Shown: positions 1-11,722 of the stretch, piece after piece
Layout of the letters: the number at the start of each line of letters is the position of its first letter
Position numbering within the stretch: position 1 is the first letter of the stretch
Assembly: GCF_004010195.1 (NCBI RefSeq)
Contig: NC_057720.1
Coordinates: forward strand, 5,919,634 to 5,961,915
DNA: 42,282 nucleotides
Direction of reading: 5' to 3'
DNA from: Chiloscyllium plagiosum
Lineage: Eukaryota
The notes under the pieces: model-generated
Seen by the model: only the letters and a program-made list of their open reading frames with translations
Databases searched by the model: none
Told to the model about the DNA's origin: nothing
Position numbers and translations under genes: made by a program

Positions 1-634
1 CTAAATGGAGTCAAGTTAGGTAAAGGGGCAGTATAAAGAGATCTGGGTATTCTTGTACACCAGTCAATGAAGGCCAGCATGCAGGTACAGCAGGTAGTGA
101 AGAAAACTAATAGCATGCTGACCTTCATAACAAGAGGGATTGAGTATAGAAGCAAAGAGGTTCTTCTGCAGCTGTACAGGGCCCTGGTGAGACTGCACCT
201 GGAATATTGTGTGCAGTTCTGGTCTCCAAATTTGAGGAAAGACATTCTGACTATTGAGGAAGTTTAGTGTAGGTTCATGATGTCAATTCTTGGAATGGCG
301 GGACTATCTTATGTTGAAAGATTGAAGTGACTGGGCTTGTATACCCTTGAGTTTAGAAGACTGAGAGGGGATCTGATTGAGACGTATAAGATTATTAAAG
401 GATTGGACACTCTGGAGGCAGGAAACATGTTTCCGCAGATGGGTGAGTCCCGAACCAGAGGACACAGCTTAAAAATAAGGGGTAGGCCATTTAGGACAGA
501 GATGAGGAGAAACTTCTTCACCCAGAGAGTGGTGGCTGTGTGGGATGCTCTGGCCCAGAAGGCAGTGGAGGCTCAGTCTCTGGATTTGTTTAAGAAAGAC
601 TTGGATAGAGCTCTCAAGGATAGTGGAATCTCGC

Positions 635-828
635 TTCTGGATCAGTGGTGATGGAAAAGCACAGCAGTTCAGGCAGCATCCAAGGAGCAGCGAAATCGAC
701 GTTTCAGGCAAAAGCCCTTCATCAGGATTCCTCATGAAGGCCTTTTGCCCGAAACGTCAATTTCGCTGCTCCTTGGATGCTGCCTGAACTGCTGTGCTCT
801 TCCAGCACACTGATCCAGAATCTGGTTT
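635..828. mobile_element. Palindromic PLE terminal-repeat derivative (family A)
   Basis: Inverted repeat 635-820 centred near 728 (ttctggatcagtg...cactgatccagaa). Related to the termini of the PLE at 23155-23752. Confidence 0.85.
693..730 (-). ncRNA. Minimal type-I hammerhead ribozyme motif
   Basis: Minus strand reads gaatc-CTGATGA-A-GGGC-tttt-GCCT-GAAA-C-GTC-gattt. Core intact, stem I gaatc/gattt, stem II paired, GUC cleavage triplet. The opposite arm has CTCATGA (G5 mutated). Confidence 0.82.
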
Positions 829-1826
829 TGATACTGATTGAGGATGATCAGCCACGATCACAATGAATGGTGGTGCAGGCTCGAAGGGCAGAATGGCCTA
901 CTCCTGCACCTACTGTCTATTGTCTTACTGGGAACTGAGCATGAGGCCAGCCTGGATTAAGCAGCTCCTGCTGCACAAGACAAGGACAGCTTTCCATCAA
1001 AAAGATCCATTTCCCTAAAATCGTGTCCCTCTTTGGACTGAGCCACCCATCCTGAGCTCCTCACCTCCTCCATCCCCCTGCCAATCTCCCATCAAATGTT
1101 GAGGAATGTGAGGCAGCTAAGGACACATCCACAATCCCTGCACCCTCTTCTTGTCTATTCCCTGTGGGAAAACTCATTTGACAAAGAGGATGGGAAGTTG
1201 CACTGGGCTGAATTATATATCAGTAAGCACATTAGGTACATGTTCCCTCTGCCTTGATATACTCTCATCATGCTCTGGGTTCGACCTGACCAAAGAAATA
1301 GAAGCAAGAGTAGACCATTCAGCCCGTCAAGTCTACACCACCATTCAATACAATCAAGTCTGAACTTCGGCTTCAACTCCACGTTCCCTCAATTACCGGA
1401 GGATTCCCTGACTCCCTTTATTTTGGAAGGTAGAAGTCCACATTCCAGGGCAATGGCTCTGAAGAAGGCCACTCGAGTCAAATGATACAATGGTTCAATC
1501 TCCGAGGAATTTTGCCTCTGATTTCACAGGCTGTCTCCCTGTTTAGGATGAGGGGATATTTGTGAGTGTAGCAGAATGTTCGAGCATGAGCGTGAAATCA
1601 TGTGAAAGGGGAATAGAGTTGGGAAAGGGGATATTGTTGGGCGCCAGGAGCCATCTGTTGCAAAGGCAGGATATTAGCCTTGTCTAAAATTGAATGCATC
1701 CATTGTCACAATAATTGCAAAGCCTCAGCCACATGAGAGATAGTATCGCATTGATTAACGGTGGAATTCTTTAACCTGGGGGAGAAAGAACTTTCAGAAA
1801 TTGCTCAGTGAAGAACAGCCTTAAGG

Positions 1827-1879
1827 CTATACTGCAGTTTGAAATGCCTCTTTATATAATCTTGCACTGCCAGAGGTGC
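1827..1879 (-). CDS. Candidate terminal coding exon (G)TSGSARLYKEAFQTAV*, gene unidentified
   Basis: Pyrimidine-rich acceptor ttctgttctctttcag|G. Phase 1 matches the candidate exon 2576-2599. Minus-strand AATAAA at 1417-1422. No homology recognised. Confidence 0.25.
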
Positions 1880-2575
1880 CTGAAAGAGAACAGAATGTTG
1901 ATTATTCTGCCAATGCATTGACAGAGTAACAATCCTGTCTTCAGGAAGCTCTGTACTGAGCTCCAAACACAATACAAACTGCAGAATCTTCATGGCATTC
2001 TGTACAAAGTGCTGCTGTTGTCATTGCTCAGCAGCATTGAGAATGAGCAGTGGAAAAAAGAAACAGAAAAGATTTTCTGTATGCAAGATTGCCTACATAA
2101 TGGGTTCGTAACATTAATCTCAAATAACACCTCTCTTCAAAACCTTCACTCAGTCATGTTCCATATTCGAGATTCTGTGTGTAATGCCTTTTCAACATCA
2201 ATCTTAAAACTGTTTCCACTTTTCTGTAAACACTAATGGCTATTGCTCTCATGATTTACCATCTGTTTGAAATTTATTGCCTCCACTACACAAACGTTGG
2301 TCGGTGTTTAATTTTATGTAGAGAAATAAAAAAACCCACAAGTCTTCTTCATTAAGGAGATGGATTGAAATGTAGGGGGTGGTGCAATTGAACATTACTG
2401 AATGGGTTACCTTTAGCCTCATTATAACTCTGAATTTTGTTCCAGGACCATTTATAAACACAGGCTAGCTAAAGGCAGGGGGTGATCCAGAGGAAGGCTA
2501 ACATCTCCTCTTGATGAATGAGTCACTTTATGCTCTGGGGAGAGTAGAAACACTGGAATTGTGTACCACACTCAC

Positions 2576-2599
2576 CGAGGGAAACAGTGACCTCAGCGT
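2576..2599 (-). CDS. Candidate 24-nt micro-exon (x)AEVTVSL(G)
   Basis: ttgtgttatgcag|ACGCTGAGGTCACTGTTTCCCTCG|gtgagt: consensus donor, symmetric phase 1-1, in non-repeat sequence. Confidence 0.25.
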
Positions 2600-2784
2600 C
2601 TGCATAACACAATGTTTGATAAAAGCTATTAGCCATGTAAAGATCTGTCACATTGTCCAGGAGGTGGATACAAGAACATTCAAAGGTTGAGGCAGGAGGA
2701 CGTCAGATAGTCCACAGATGGTCAGTTCCTTAGTAATAATCAGTTCTAAACATTGCCTCACTTTCACCCCTCTTCATGGGTTAT

Positions 2785-3540
2785 ATAGAGTCATTGAGAT
2801 ATAAGCATGGAAACAGACCCTTCAGTCCAACCCGTCCATGTCAACCAGATATCCCAACCTAACCTAGTCCCACCTCCAGTACCCAGCCCATATCCTTCTA
2901 AACCCTTCCTATTCATTTACCCATTCAAATGTCTTTTGAATGTTGCAATTGTACCAGCCTCCACCACATCCTCTGGCAGCTCATTCCATACATGCACTAT
3001 CCTCTGTGTGAAAAAGTTGCCCCTGAGATCCCTTTTATATCTTTCCCCTCTCTTCCTAAACCTATGCCCTCCATTTCTGGACTCCCCAACCCCAGGGAAA
3101 ATACTTTGTCTATTTATCCTATCCATGTTCCTCATGATTTTACAAACATCTATAAGGTCACCGTCAGCCTCCAATACTCCAGGGAAACAACCCCAGCCTA
3201 TTCAGCCTCTCCCTACAGCTCAAACCCTTCAACCTTGGCAACATCCTTGTAAATCTTTTCTGAACCCTTTCAAGTTTCATAACATCCTTCCGATAGGAAG
3301 GAGACCAGAATTGCATGCAATATTCCAACAGTGGCCTAATCAATGTCCTGTATAGCTGCAACATGACCTCCCAACCCTTGTACTCAATACTCTAACCAAA
3401 AAAAGGAAAGCATACCAACCGCCTTCTTCACTATCCTATCTACCTGCAACTCTACTTTTAAGGAGCTATGAACCTGCACTCCAAGGTCTCTTTTTTCAGC
3501 AACACTCCCTAGGACCTTACCATTAAGTGTATAAGTCCTG
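2785..3540 (-). mobile_element. CR1-clade LINE 3' fragment (HER1-like)
   Basis: Minus ORFs LQLYRTLIRPLLEYCMQFWSP and RGNFFTQRIVHVWNELP. Tail of the (ctatgact)n type, seen as atagagtc on the + strand. Confidence 0.9.
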
Positions 3541-3754
3541 GCCTGGTCTACATGTGACTCCAGACCCAATGCAATGTTACTGACCATTTGCTCACATCCT
3601 GTGAATGAATTAAGATAAATCAGTGACATTTAGGTATCTGTCAATCTCTACTTTAAGCGGGATCAATGACTGAGCTTCCACAGCTCACACAGGTAGAAAA
3701 ATCAAAAGGTTCACAGCCCTAGTGATCTCAATGATTGTTACTAATTTTTATAGA

Positions 3755-4640
3755 TAAGACCATAGAACATTAGACATAAAAGTAGAAATTAGGCCATTCA
3801 GCTTATTGGGTCTGCTCTGCCATTCAATCATAGCTGATACTTTTCTCAAACCAATTCTCTCGCTTTCTTCCCTTAATCCTTGATCCCCTTGATAATCGAG
3901 AACCTATCTATCCAACGTAAATGTACTCAATGACCTGGCCTCCACAGCCTTCTGTGGCAATGAATTCCAAAGATTCCCCACTCTCTGGCTGAAGAAGTTT
4001 CTCCTGATCTCCAGTCTAAAAGGTCCTCCCATTACTTTAAGGCTGTACCCTCGGGTCCTAGTCTCTCCTACGAATGGAAACATCTTCCCAACATCTACTC
4101 TGTCCAGGCCATTCAGTATTCTGTAAGTTTCAATTAGATCTCTCATCATCCTTAAATGTCCATCAAATATAGACACAGAGTCCTCATTTGTTCCTCATAT
4201 TTTAAGGTTTTCATTCCTGTGACCATTCTCGTGAACCTGCTCCAGGGCCAATACATCCTTCCTGAGATATGAGACCCAAAACTGTGCACAATACTCCAAA
4301 TGTGGTCTGACCAGAGCTTATAGACCCTCAGAAGTACATCCCTGCTCTTGACATAAATGACATCATTGCATTTGCCTCCCTAATTACTGACTTAACCTGC
4401 AAGTTCACCTTGAGAGAATCCTGGACGAGAACTCCCAAGTCTCTTTGCGTTTCAGACTTCTGAATTTTGACCCCATTTAGAAAACAGCCCGTGCCTCTAT
4501 TCTTCTTACCCAAGTGCATGATCTTACATTTTCCCACGTTGTACACATCTGCCACTTCTTTGCCCACACACCTAACCTGTCCAACCCCTTCTGCAGCCTC
4601 CCCGTCTCCTCAATGATCCCCATCCCTCTACCTATCTTTG
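3755..4640 (-). mobile_element. CR1-clade LINE 3' fragment, decayed
   Basis: Minus ORFs YNVGKCKIMHLGKKN...QRDLGVLV and RRNFFSQRVGNLWNSLPQ. Confidence 0.9.
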
Positions 4641-4775
4641 CATTCTATTCGGATGCATCAGTGAGTGGTACGGCAACTGCTCTTCTCAAGACAGTAAGAA
4701 ATTACAGAGAGTTGTGAACACAGCCCAGTCCATCACAAAAACCAGCCTTCCATCTATTAGCTCCATCTACACTTA
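4640..4775 (+). mobile_element. Rex1/Babar-like LINE fragment, 5' part
   Basis: Translates ILFGCISEWYGNCSSQDSKKLQRVVNTAQSITKTSLPSISSIYT, matching the Rex1/Babar C-terminal pattern (W-YG-N-C...LQRVV-TA). Confidence 0.75.
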
Positions 4776-6206
4776 AGCAGCATAAGCAGCAAGTGACAAA
4801 CAGAGCTAAGCGATCCCACAACCAATGGATCAGATCTAAGTTCTGCTGTTGTACCACATCCAGTCATAAATGATAGGGTAGATTAAACAACTCACTAGAG
4901 GTGAAGGCTTCACAAATATCCCCATTCTCAATAATGGAAGAGCCCAGTACATCAGTGTAACAGATAACGCTGAAGGCTTCACAGCAATCTTCAGCCAGAA
5001 ATGCTGAGTGGATTATCCCATCTTGGCCTCCTCCAGTGGTCCCCAGCATTATAGATACCAGTCTTCAGCCAATTCAATTCACTCCATGCGATAGCAAGAA
5101 ACTATTGGAAACACTGGACACTGCAAAGGCTGTGGGCCTGATAACATTCTGGCAACAGTACTGAAGTTGTGTGCTTCAGAAATTACCATTCTCCTAACCA
5201 AGGTGTTCTTGTACAATTACAACACTGGCATCTACTTGATAATATGGAAAATTGCACAAATATGTCCTGTACATAGCAGGACAAATCCAACCTAGTCAAT
5301 TACGCCCAATCTATCTACTCTTGATCATCAGTAAAGTGATGGAAGATATCAATAACAGTGTTATCAAGCAGCACCTGCTCAGCAATAACCTGCTCAGTGA
5401 GGCCCAGTTTGGGTTCCACCAGGGTCACTCAGCTCCTGACCTCACTACAGCCTTGGTTCAAACATTGAAAAAAGAGCTAAATCCCAGAGGGGAAGTGAGA
5501 GTGACAGCCCTTGACATCTAGGCTGCATTCAATTCAGTATGGCATCAAGGAACACTAATAAAGCTGGAATCAATGTGTAAATGGGGACAAACTGTTCTCT
5601 GGTTAGAGTTGTACCTGACACATAGGAAGTTGGTTGTGTTTGGAGGTCAGTCACCTCAGCTCCAGGACATTTCTGTAGGAATTTCTCAGGGTAATGTCCT
5701 AGGCCCAACTATCTTCACCTGCTTCATCAATGACCTTCCCTCTACCATAAAGTCAGAAGTGGGGATATTTACTGATGACTGAACAATGTTCAGCACCATT
5801 TCTGACTCATCAGATACTGAAGCAGACCATGTTCAAATGCAACAGGATCTGGACAATATTCAGGCTTGGGCTGGCAGGTGGCGTGTACCATTCATGTCAC
5901 ACAAATGCCAGGCTATGACCATCTTCAGTAAGAGACAATCTAACCACTGCCCCATGACATTCAATAGTGTTATAATCATTGAATCCCCTATGATCAACAT
6001 CCTGGGAGTTATCATTGATCAGAAACTCAACTGAACTCACTGCATAAACACAGTGGCTCCATGAGAAGGTCAGAAGGTTGGGAATACTGCAATGAGTAAC
6101 ATACATCCTGAAAGCACAAGTCAGGAGTGTGATGGAATACCCCCCTCTTGCCCCTGGATGGGTGCAGCTCCAAAACCACTCAAGAAGTCAACACCATCCA
6201 AGATAA

Positions 6207-6356
6207 TGATTTGGAGATGCCGGTGTTGGACTGGGGTCTACAAAGTTAAAAATCACACAACACCAGATTATAGTCCAACAGGTTTAATTGGAAGCTCACT
6301 AGCTTTCGGAGTGTATCACCTGATGAAGGAGCGACGCTCCGAAAGCTAGTGTGCTT
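6207..6356. mobile_element. Short PLE terminal-repeat derivative (family B) with 13-bp TSD
   Basis: Flanked by ccatccaagataa at 6194-6206 and 6357-6369. Partly palindromic. Shares sequence with 11723-11933 and with the PLE 3' end at 15685-15775. Confidence 0.88.
6317..6351 (+). ncRNA. Minimal type-I hammerhead ribozyme motif
   Basis: cac-CTGATGA-A-GGAGC-gac-GCTCC-GAAA-G-CTA-gtg. Perfect core, 5-bp stem II, stem I cac/gtg, CUA triplet. Confidence 0.87.
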
Positions 6357-6794
6357 CCATCCAAGATAAAGCAGCCCACTTGATCGGCACCACAGCCACA
6401 AGCATTCACTCCCTCCACCACCTACGCTCAGTGTACTATCTACAAGATACACTTCAGAAATTCCTTCAACATCCTCAGACTGCACCTTTCAAACCCACAA
6501 CCACTTCCATCTATAGGGACAAGGGCAGCAGATACATGGGGACACCACCGTCTTCAAGTTCCCCTCCAAACCAATCATCATCTTGACTTGGAACTAAATC
6601 ACCGTTCCTTCACTGTCGCTGGGTCAATATCCCGGAATTCCCTCTCTATGGGCATTGTGGGTCAATCCACAGCAAGTGGACTACAGCGGTTCAAGAAGGC
6701 AGCTCACCCTCACCTTCTCAAGGGGCAACTTGCAGGCAATAAATGCTGACCCAGCCAGCATTGCCCATATCCCACAAGTGAAAAAATGTAAAAT

Positions 6795-7140
6795 TTCCTC
6801 TTGGCTCAGGAAAGTAACCAACATAATCAAAGACCACTCCCACCCGGTTATACCCCTTCCACCCTCTTCCATTGGGCCGAAGATACAAAGGTTTGAAAAC
6901 ATGTGCCAACAACTTCAAGAAAGCTTCTTACCCGCTATTATGAACAGACCTTTCATATCTTCGAGTTGATCTTTCTCTGCACCTTCTCTGTAGCTGTAAC
7001 ACTATATTCTACATTCTGTCCTTTTACCCTGATGTACTTGTGTAGGGATTGATTTGTCTGGTTAGCAAACAAAACAATACTTTCACTGTATCTCGGTACG
7101 TGACAATAATAAATCGAAGCAAATCAAATCAAATCAAACC
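6795..7140 (+). mobile_element. Rex1/Babar-like LINE fragment, 3' end
   Basis: LRKVTNIIKDHSHP...PLPLGRRYK (IIKD-SHP...LP-GRRY pattern). Ends in aataaat(caaat)n. Confidence 0.78.
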
Positions 7141-7329
7141 CGTCAGTAAAACATTTCTACGCATCTTAGTCTGAAGCAGTTTCCTCCTAATTATTTCTCT
7201 TGATTCTAGACTCTCCAACCACGGGAAATATCTTACCTTCATCTACCTCTTTCTCAACCTTCAGGCAATTTGAAGTTTTTAATGAGATCATCTCCCAATC
7301 TTCAAAACTCAAGAGAATACAGGCTCAGT

Positions 7330-7505
7330 TATAGAGTCATAGAGTCATACAGCACAGAAACAGCCTAACCAGTCAATACCGACCATAATCCCAAACTAAA
7401 CTAGCGCCAGCTGCCTGCTCCTTGGCTCATATCCCTCCAAACCTTTCCTGTTTGTGATCTTATCCAAATGCCTTTTAAACGTTGTGATTGTACCCAATTC
7501 CACCA
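7330..7505 (-). mobile_element. HER1-like CR1 3' end
   Basis: atagagtcatagagtcatacagcacagaaacag tail plus 3' UTR, as in the other copies. Confidence 0.75.
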
Positions 7506-7559
7506 TGTTCTCTCTTCCTTACACAGTGCTGCTATCCTGGGGTCAAGTCTGATGATCTA

Positions 7560-7700
7560 AACAAAGAACTGCAGATGCTGGAAATCTGAAACAAAAAAAA
7601 CTACAAAACTTGCTGGGGAAAGTGAGCAGGTCTGGCAGCATTGGCGGAGAGAAAGCAGAGTTAATGTTTCGGGTCCAATGAGGCTTCTTCCAAAACCCTT
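7560..7700. mobile_element. Decayed PLE terminal-repeat fragment
   Basis: actgcagatgctggaaatctgaaac...gcaggtctggcagca...gttaatgtttcgggtc, with a degenerate minus-strand hammerhead remnant. Confidence 0.65.
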
Positions 7701-7975
7701 CTGGTGAATGTTTGTTATACCTATTATTTTTACTCTTCATGAGAAGAGGCTTATGTGGTTGGCAAGTGGACTCTGATTGATAGAAGCATTGTCATTGGGA
7801 ATGCACATGTTAGATAATGACTGACAGTTAACTGTCTTGCTTTGTTTAAATTTAAACCAGGCAGGTTGACTGTGATGGGTTAAGGCATGGTCCTGAGAAA
7901 TGAGTTGCTGAGTTAACACAAACACATTGCGTGTACACATTCATTCTACTGGCAAAGACAGAACCCTGATGAACT

Positions 7976-7982
7976 ATGTATA

Positions 7983-8024
<42 letters not shown>
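7976..8024. repeat. (TA)n/(TG) microsatellite
   Basis: Directly visible. Confidence 0.95.
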
Positions 8025-8032
<8 letters not shown>

Positions 8033-8328
8033 AAAGTCCACTCGTCAACTACTCAGCAGGCACTTTTTATACTTCACTTTGTATTGGCATTTGTTATGAA
8101 TGTCCTAATGATAGCATGAGAAAAAAAGATTCTCCCATCCCCAAATGCATCTTCAACTGGGGGTCAGGGTTAGCCACATTGCTGTGGCTCTGGAGTCATG
8201 TAGGTCAGTCTGGGTAAGATTGGTAGATTTCCTTCTTTAAAGATAATTGGGAAAGTATGAGTTCTTTTATCTCTGACAATTGATGATGTAGTCATCCTTA
8301 CTGAGACAAGAATTCAGATCCACACTTT

Positions 8329-8796
8329 TATAGAGTCATAGAAATGTACAGCACAGAAACAGACCTTTTAGTCCACTTTGTCCATGTCTACCAAATGCTC
8401 TAAATTTATCTAGTCTCATTTGCCAGCATTTGGCCCATATCGCTCTAAACCTTTCCTACTCATGTTCCCATCCAGATGCCTTTTAAATGTTGTAATTGTA
8501 CCAGCCTTCACCAGCACCTCTGGCAGCTCATTCCATACATGCATCACCCTTTGCGTGAAAACGTTGCCCCTTAGATCCCTTTTAAACCTTTCCATTCTCA
8601 CTCTAAATCTATGCCCTCTAGTTTTGGACTCCCTTATCCCGGGGAAAAGACCTTGACTATTCACCCTATCCATGCCCCTCAAGATTGTATAAACTTATGT
8701 AAGGTCACACCTCAATCTCCGATGCTCCGGGGAAAATAGCCCCAGCATATTCAGCCTCTCCCTATTGCTTAAATCCTCCAAATCTGGCAACATCCC
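8329..8796 (-). mobile_element. HER1-like CR1 3' fragment
   Basis: Minus ORF MDRVNSQGLFPG...RGNVFTQRVMHVWNELP plus atagagtcataga tail. Confidence 0.9.
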
Positions 8797-8813
8797 TCAG
8801 TGGAAGATATATA

Positions 8814-9131
8814 GGGCGGCAGGGTGGCACAGTGGTTAGCACTGCTGCCTCACAGCGCCAGAGACCCGGGTTCAATTCCCGACTCAGGGACTGACTGTGT
8901 GGAGTTTGCACATTCTACCCGTGTCTGCGTGGGTTTCCTCCGGGTGCTCCGGTTTCCTCCCACAGTCCAAAGATGTGCAGGTCAAGTGAATTGGCCATGC
9001 TAAATTGCCTGTAGTGTTAGGTAAAGGGGTAAAGGGGTAAATGTAGGGGAATGGGTGAGTTGTGCTTCGGCGGGTCGGTGTGGACCTTGTTGGGCTGAAG
9101 GGCCTGTTTCCACACTGTAAGTAATCTAATC
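8814..9131 (+). mobile_element. tRNA-derived SINE (HE1/V-SINE-like), full length
   Basis: A box TGGCACAGTGG, B box GGTTCAATTCC, core gtgtggagtttgcacattct...ggtttcctcccacagtccaaaga, CR1-like tail gaagggcctgtttccacactgt and (atcta)n end. Confidence 0.88.
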
Positions 9132-9389
9132 ATAAATAAGCTCAGAATAAAGGGATGTGGACCGTGAAGAGGAAAAGGAATTTTAGTTTCAAAAGATGTC
9201 ATGTGTCAACACAGGCTGAAGAGCCTGTTCCTGTGCTGTAAAGTTGTTTGCTTTTTTTTTAAAATCCTGGAAATTCTGAGGTGGAAATTCCATCTCCCAA
9301 CTGAGATAATTTGCCCATCAATGTTATCAAGGAATCATAGGGTCGTACAGCTTGGCAAAAGCACCTTTAGTCCAACCACCCACACCGGG

Positions 9390-9610
9390 ATTTCCTTCCA
9401 CAATCTAAAAGATGTGCAAGTTAGGGTGAATTGGCCATGTTAAATTGCCCGTAGTGTTCAGGGATGTGTAGGTTAGGTCCATTAGGCAGGGGTAAATATA
9501 GGATAATAGGATTGGGGAGTGGTTATGGGTGGTTTACTCTTTGGAGGGTTGATGTGGACTTAGTGGGCCGAAGGGGCCTGTTTCCACACTGTAGGGATTC
9601 TAAATCTAAA
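9390..9610 (+). mobile_element. HE1-like SINE, 5'-truncated, inserted in a minus-strand CR1 3' end (~9335-9860)
   Basis: Core and tail match 8814-9131. The flanks continue a HER1-like 3' UTR. Confidence 0.75.
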
Positions 9611-9898
9611 TCAGTCCATGCTGACCATGATCCCAAATTAATCTAGCCCCACCTACCTGCTCCTGGCCCATATTCTTCCAAACTTTTCCTATTCATGTAT
9701 CTATCCAAATGTCTTTTAAATGTTGTAATTGTACCCACATCCACCACTTCCTCAGAATGCTCATTCCTCATGGGAACCACTCTCTGCAAAAAACTTGTCG
9801 CTTCTGTCTTTTTTAAACCTCTCTCCTCTCACCTTAAGAAGTGTTCCCAGTCTTGAAACTGCCCAGAAAAAAGCAGAATTAGGCCATTCAGTCCCTCA

Positions 9899-10088
9899 AA
9901 TGAAAGCAAAACACAGCTGGAAATCCAAAACAAACACAGAGCAACTCAGCAGGACTGGTGGTATCTGTGGGGAGAGAAAAACAGAGAACAGTCTCTGAAG
10001 AGGAGTCGCACTGGACTTGAAAGGTTAACTCTGTCTCTGTGTACGTGGATGCTGCTAGACCTGCTGAGTCTCCCCGTGTCCTCTGTGT
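9899..10088. mobile_element. Decayed palindromic PLE-repeat derivative with hammerhead remnant at 9995-10030 (+)
   Basis: CTGAAGA-G-GAGTC-gcactg-GACTT-GAAA-GGTT. Imperfect duplicated flank ccattcag(tc/ct)cctcaa. Confidence 0.65.
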
Positions 10089-10279
10089 CCATTCAGCTCC
10101 TCAAGCCCCCATCATTCGATCAGATCATGAGGCATTTCTTCGTGTTATGAATGTCATTTGCCCATCCACCCTTTTAGCCCTCGATTCCTCTGCCTAAAAC
10201 ATTCGATGACCACCAACTTCTGAGGCAGAAAGTTCCAAATTCTCGTGACACTCAGAGAAAACAATTCCCTGAATCTTTG

Positions 10280-10925
10280 TCATAGAGTCATAGAGTCATA
10301 GAGACGTACAGCATGGAAACAGACCCTTCGCTCCAACCTGTCCATGCCGACCAGATATCCCAACCCAATCTAGTCTCACCTGTCAGCACCCAGCCCATAT
10401 CCCTCCAAACCCTTCCTATTCATATACCTATCCAAATGCCTCTTAAATGTTGCAATTGTACCAGCCGCCACCACATCCTCTGGCAGCTCATTCCATACCC
10501 CTTAGGTCTCTTTTATATCTTTCCCCTCTCACCCTAAACCTATGCCCTCTAGTTCTGGACAACCCGACCCCAGGGAAATGACTTTGTGTATTTATCCTAT
10601 CCATGCCCCTTATAATTTTGTAAACCTCTATAAGGTCACCCCTCAGCCTCCGACATGCCAGGGAAAACAGCCCCAGCCTGTTCAGCCTCTCCCTGTAGCT
10701 CAGATCCTCCAATCCTGGCAACATCCTTGTAAATCTTTTCTGAACTCTTTCAAATTTCACAACATATTTCCGATAGGAAGGAGACCAGAATTGCATGCAA
10801 TATTCCAACAGTGGCCTAACCAATGTCCTGTACAACTGCAAATGACCTCCCAACTTCTGTACTCAACACTCTGACCAATAAAGGAAAGCATACCAAACGC
10901 CTTCTTCACTATCCTATCTACCTGT
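10280..10925 (-). mobile_element. HER1-like CR1 3' fragment
   Basis: Minus ORF LQLYRTLVRPLLEYCMQFWSP...RRLRGDLIEVYKI plus (catagagt)n tail. Confidence 0.92.
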
Positions 10926-11722
10926 CCTGAAAGGGTACATCTTCTAAGGTCATGAAGAAGGGACCAACTCAAATTCAACATTAGCTCTGGGATGAAAAAA
11001 TCTATCCTATAGTCTGCAGCAGCATCAAAACCAGTCAGGACAATTCATTGATTTAAATCCAAATAACATCATTAAGTAGATTTATTACACTGGCAATTTT
11101 GCCTGAATACAACTTGTAAGACTCCAAAATAAATCAAAACTGTTGTGTTTTCTCAGATTTGTCTTTTCTATTAAATACATTTCTTTTTTGGGAATTAATG
11201 AGGATTAGAGGACTTATTTATGGGAACCTTAGCTCGGTTTTTAAATCTCCTTCTTATTTTTTTCTTGCTGTGTTGATGGCGAAATGCTTTTAATGGTTTT
11301 AGACATAATGTAGGAACAGGAGTAGGTCATTCAGCCCCTCGAGTCTGTTCCACCATTTAATGAGTCCTTAGCTCGGTGGATTAGCCATGGGAAATGCAGG
11401 GTTACAGGGAGAGGGTAGGGGGTGGACCTAGGTGAGATGCTCTTCAGAGAGCCGATATGGACTCAATGGGCTGAATGGTCTGCTTCCACACTGGAGGGAT
11501 TCTATGATTCTGTGTGACCTCACTCCATGTACCTTCTTTTGGCCCACATCTCTCAATATCTTTGCTTATCAAAGATGTATCTCTCATGGATTTAAAGCTA
11601 ACAATAAGTCCAGCACCCAACCATCCCATTGTATAAAGAAGTGCTTCTTAACATCTTCCCTGAATGGTTTCGTCCTAATTCTCAGATTATGCCTTTAGTT
11701 TGAGAAATATCAGAAACAAATA

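Larger units (their letters stand above)
1..925 (+). mobile_element. CR1-clade LINE 3' fragment (RT C-terminus + 3' UTR), decayed, interrupted at 635-828
   Basis: ORFs read LQLYRALVRLHLEYCVQFWSP and RRLRGDLIETYKI...RRNFFTQRVVAVW, typical of the CR1 ORF2 C-terminus. The 3' UTR (GATCAGCCACGATC...GAATGGCCTACTCCTG) ends in a short ctattgt-type repeat. Confidence 0.92.
4776..6790 (+). mobile_element. CR1/L2-group LINE, decayed RT to 3' end
   Basis: RT motifs AQFGFHQGHS, VTALDI, QGNVLGPTIFTCFINDLP and IFTDD with stops and frameshifts. 3' UTR ttcaagaaggcagctcac...gcaataaatgctg followed by an A-rich end. Confidence 0.88.

Noticed and set aside
635..828. Palindromes as DNA-transposon MITEs or pre-miRNAs
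   Set aside because: The arms match PLE terminal repeats and are unequal in length. Related inserts have long, variable TSDs rather than fixed 2-9 bp ones.
2807..3355. Recurrent METDPSVQP ORFs (also 10313, 39118) suggesting a gene family
   Set aside because: These are antisense readings of HER1-like CR1 3' ends.
8814..8880. tRNA-like A/B boxes as tRNA genes
   Set aside because: Each continues into a SINE core and LINE-derived tail, with no complete cloverleaf.
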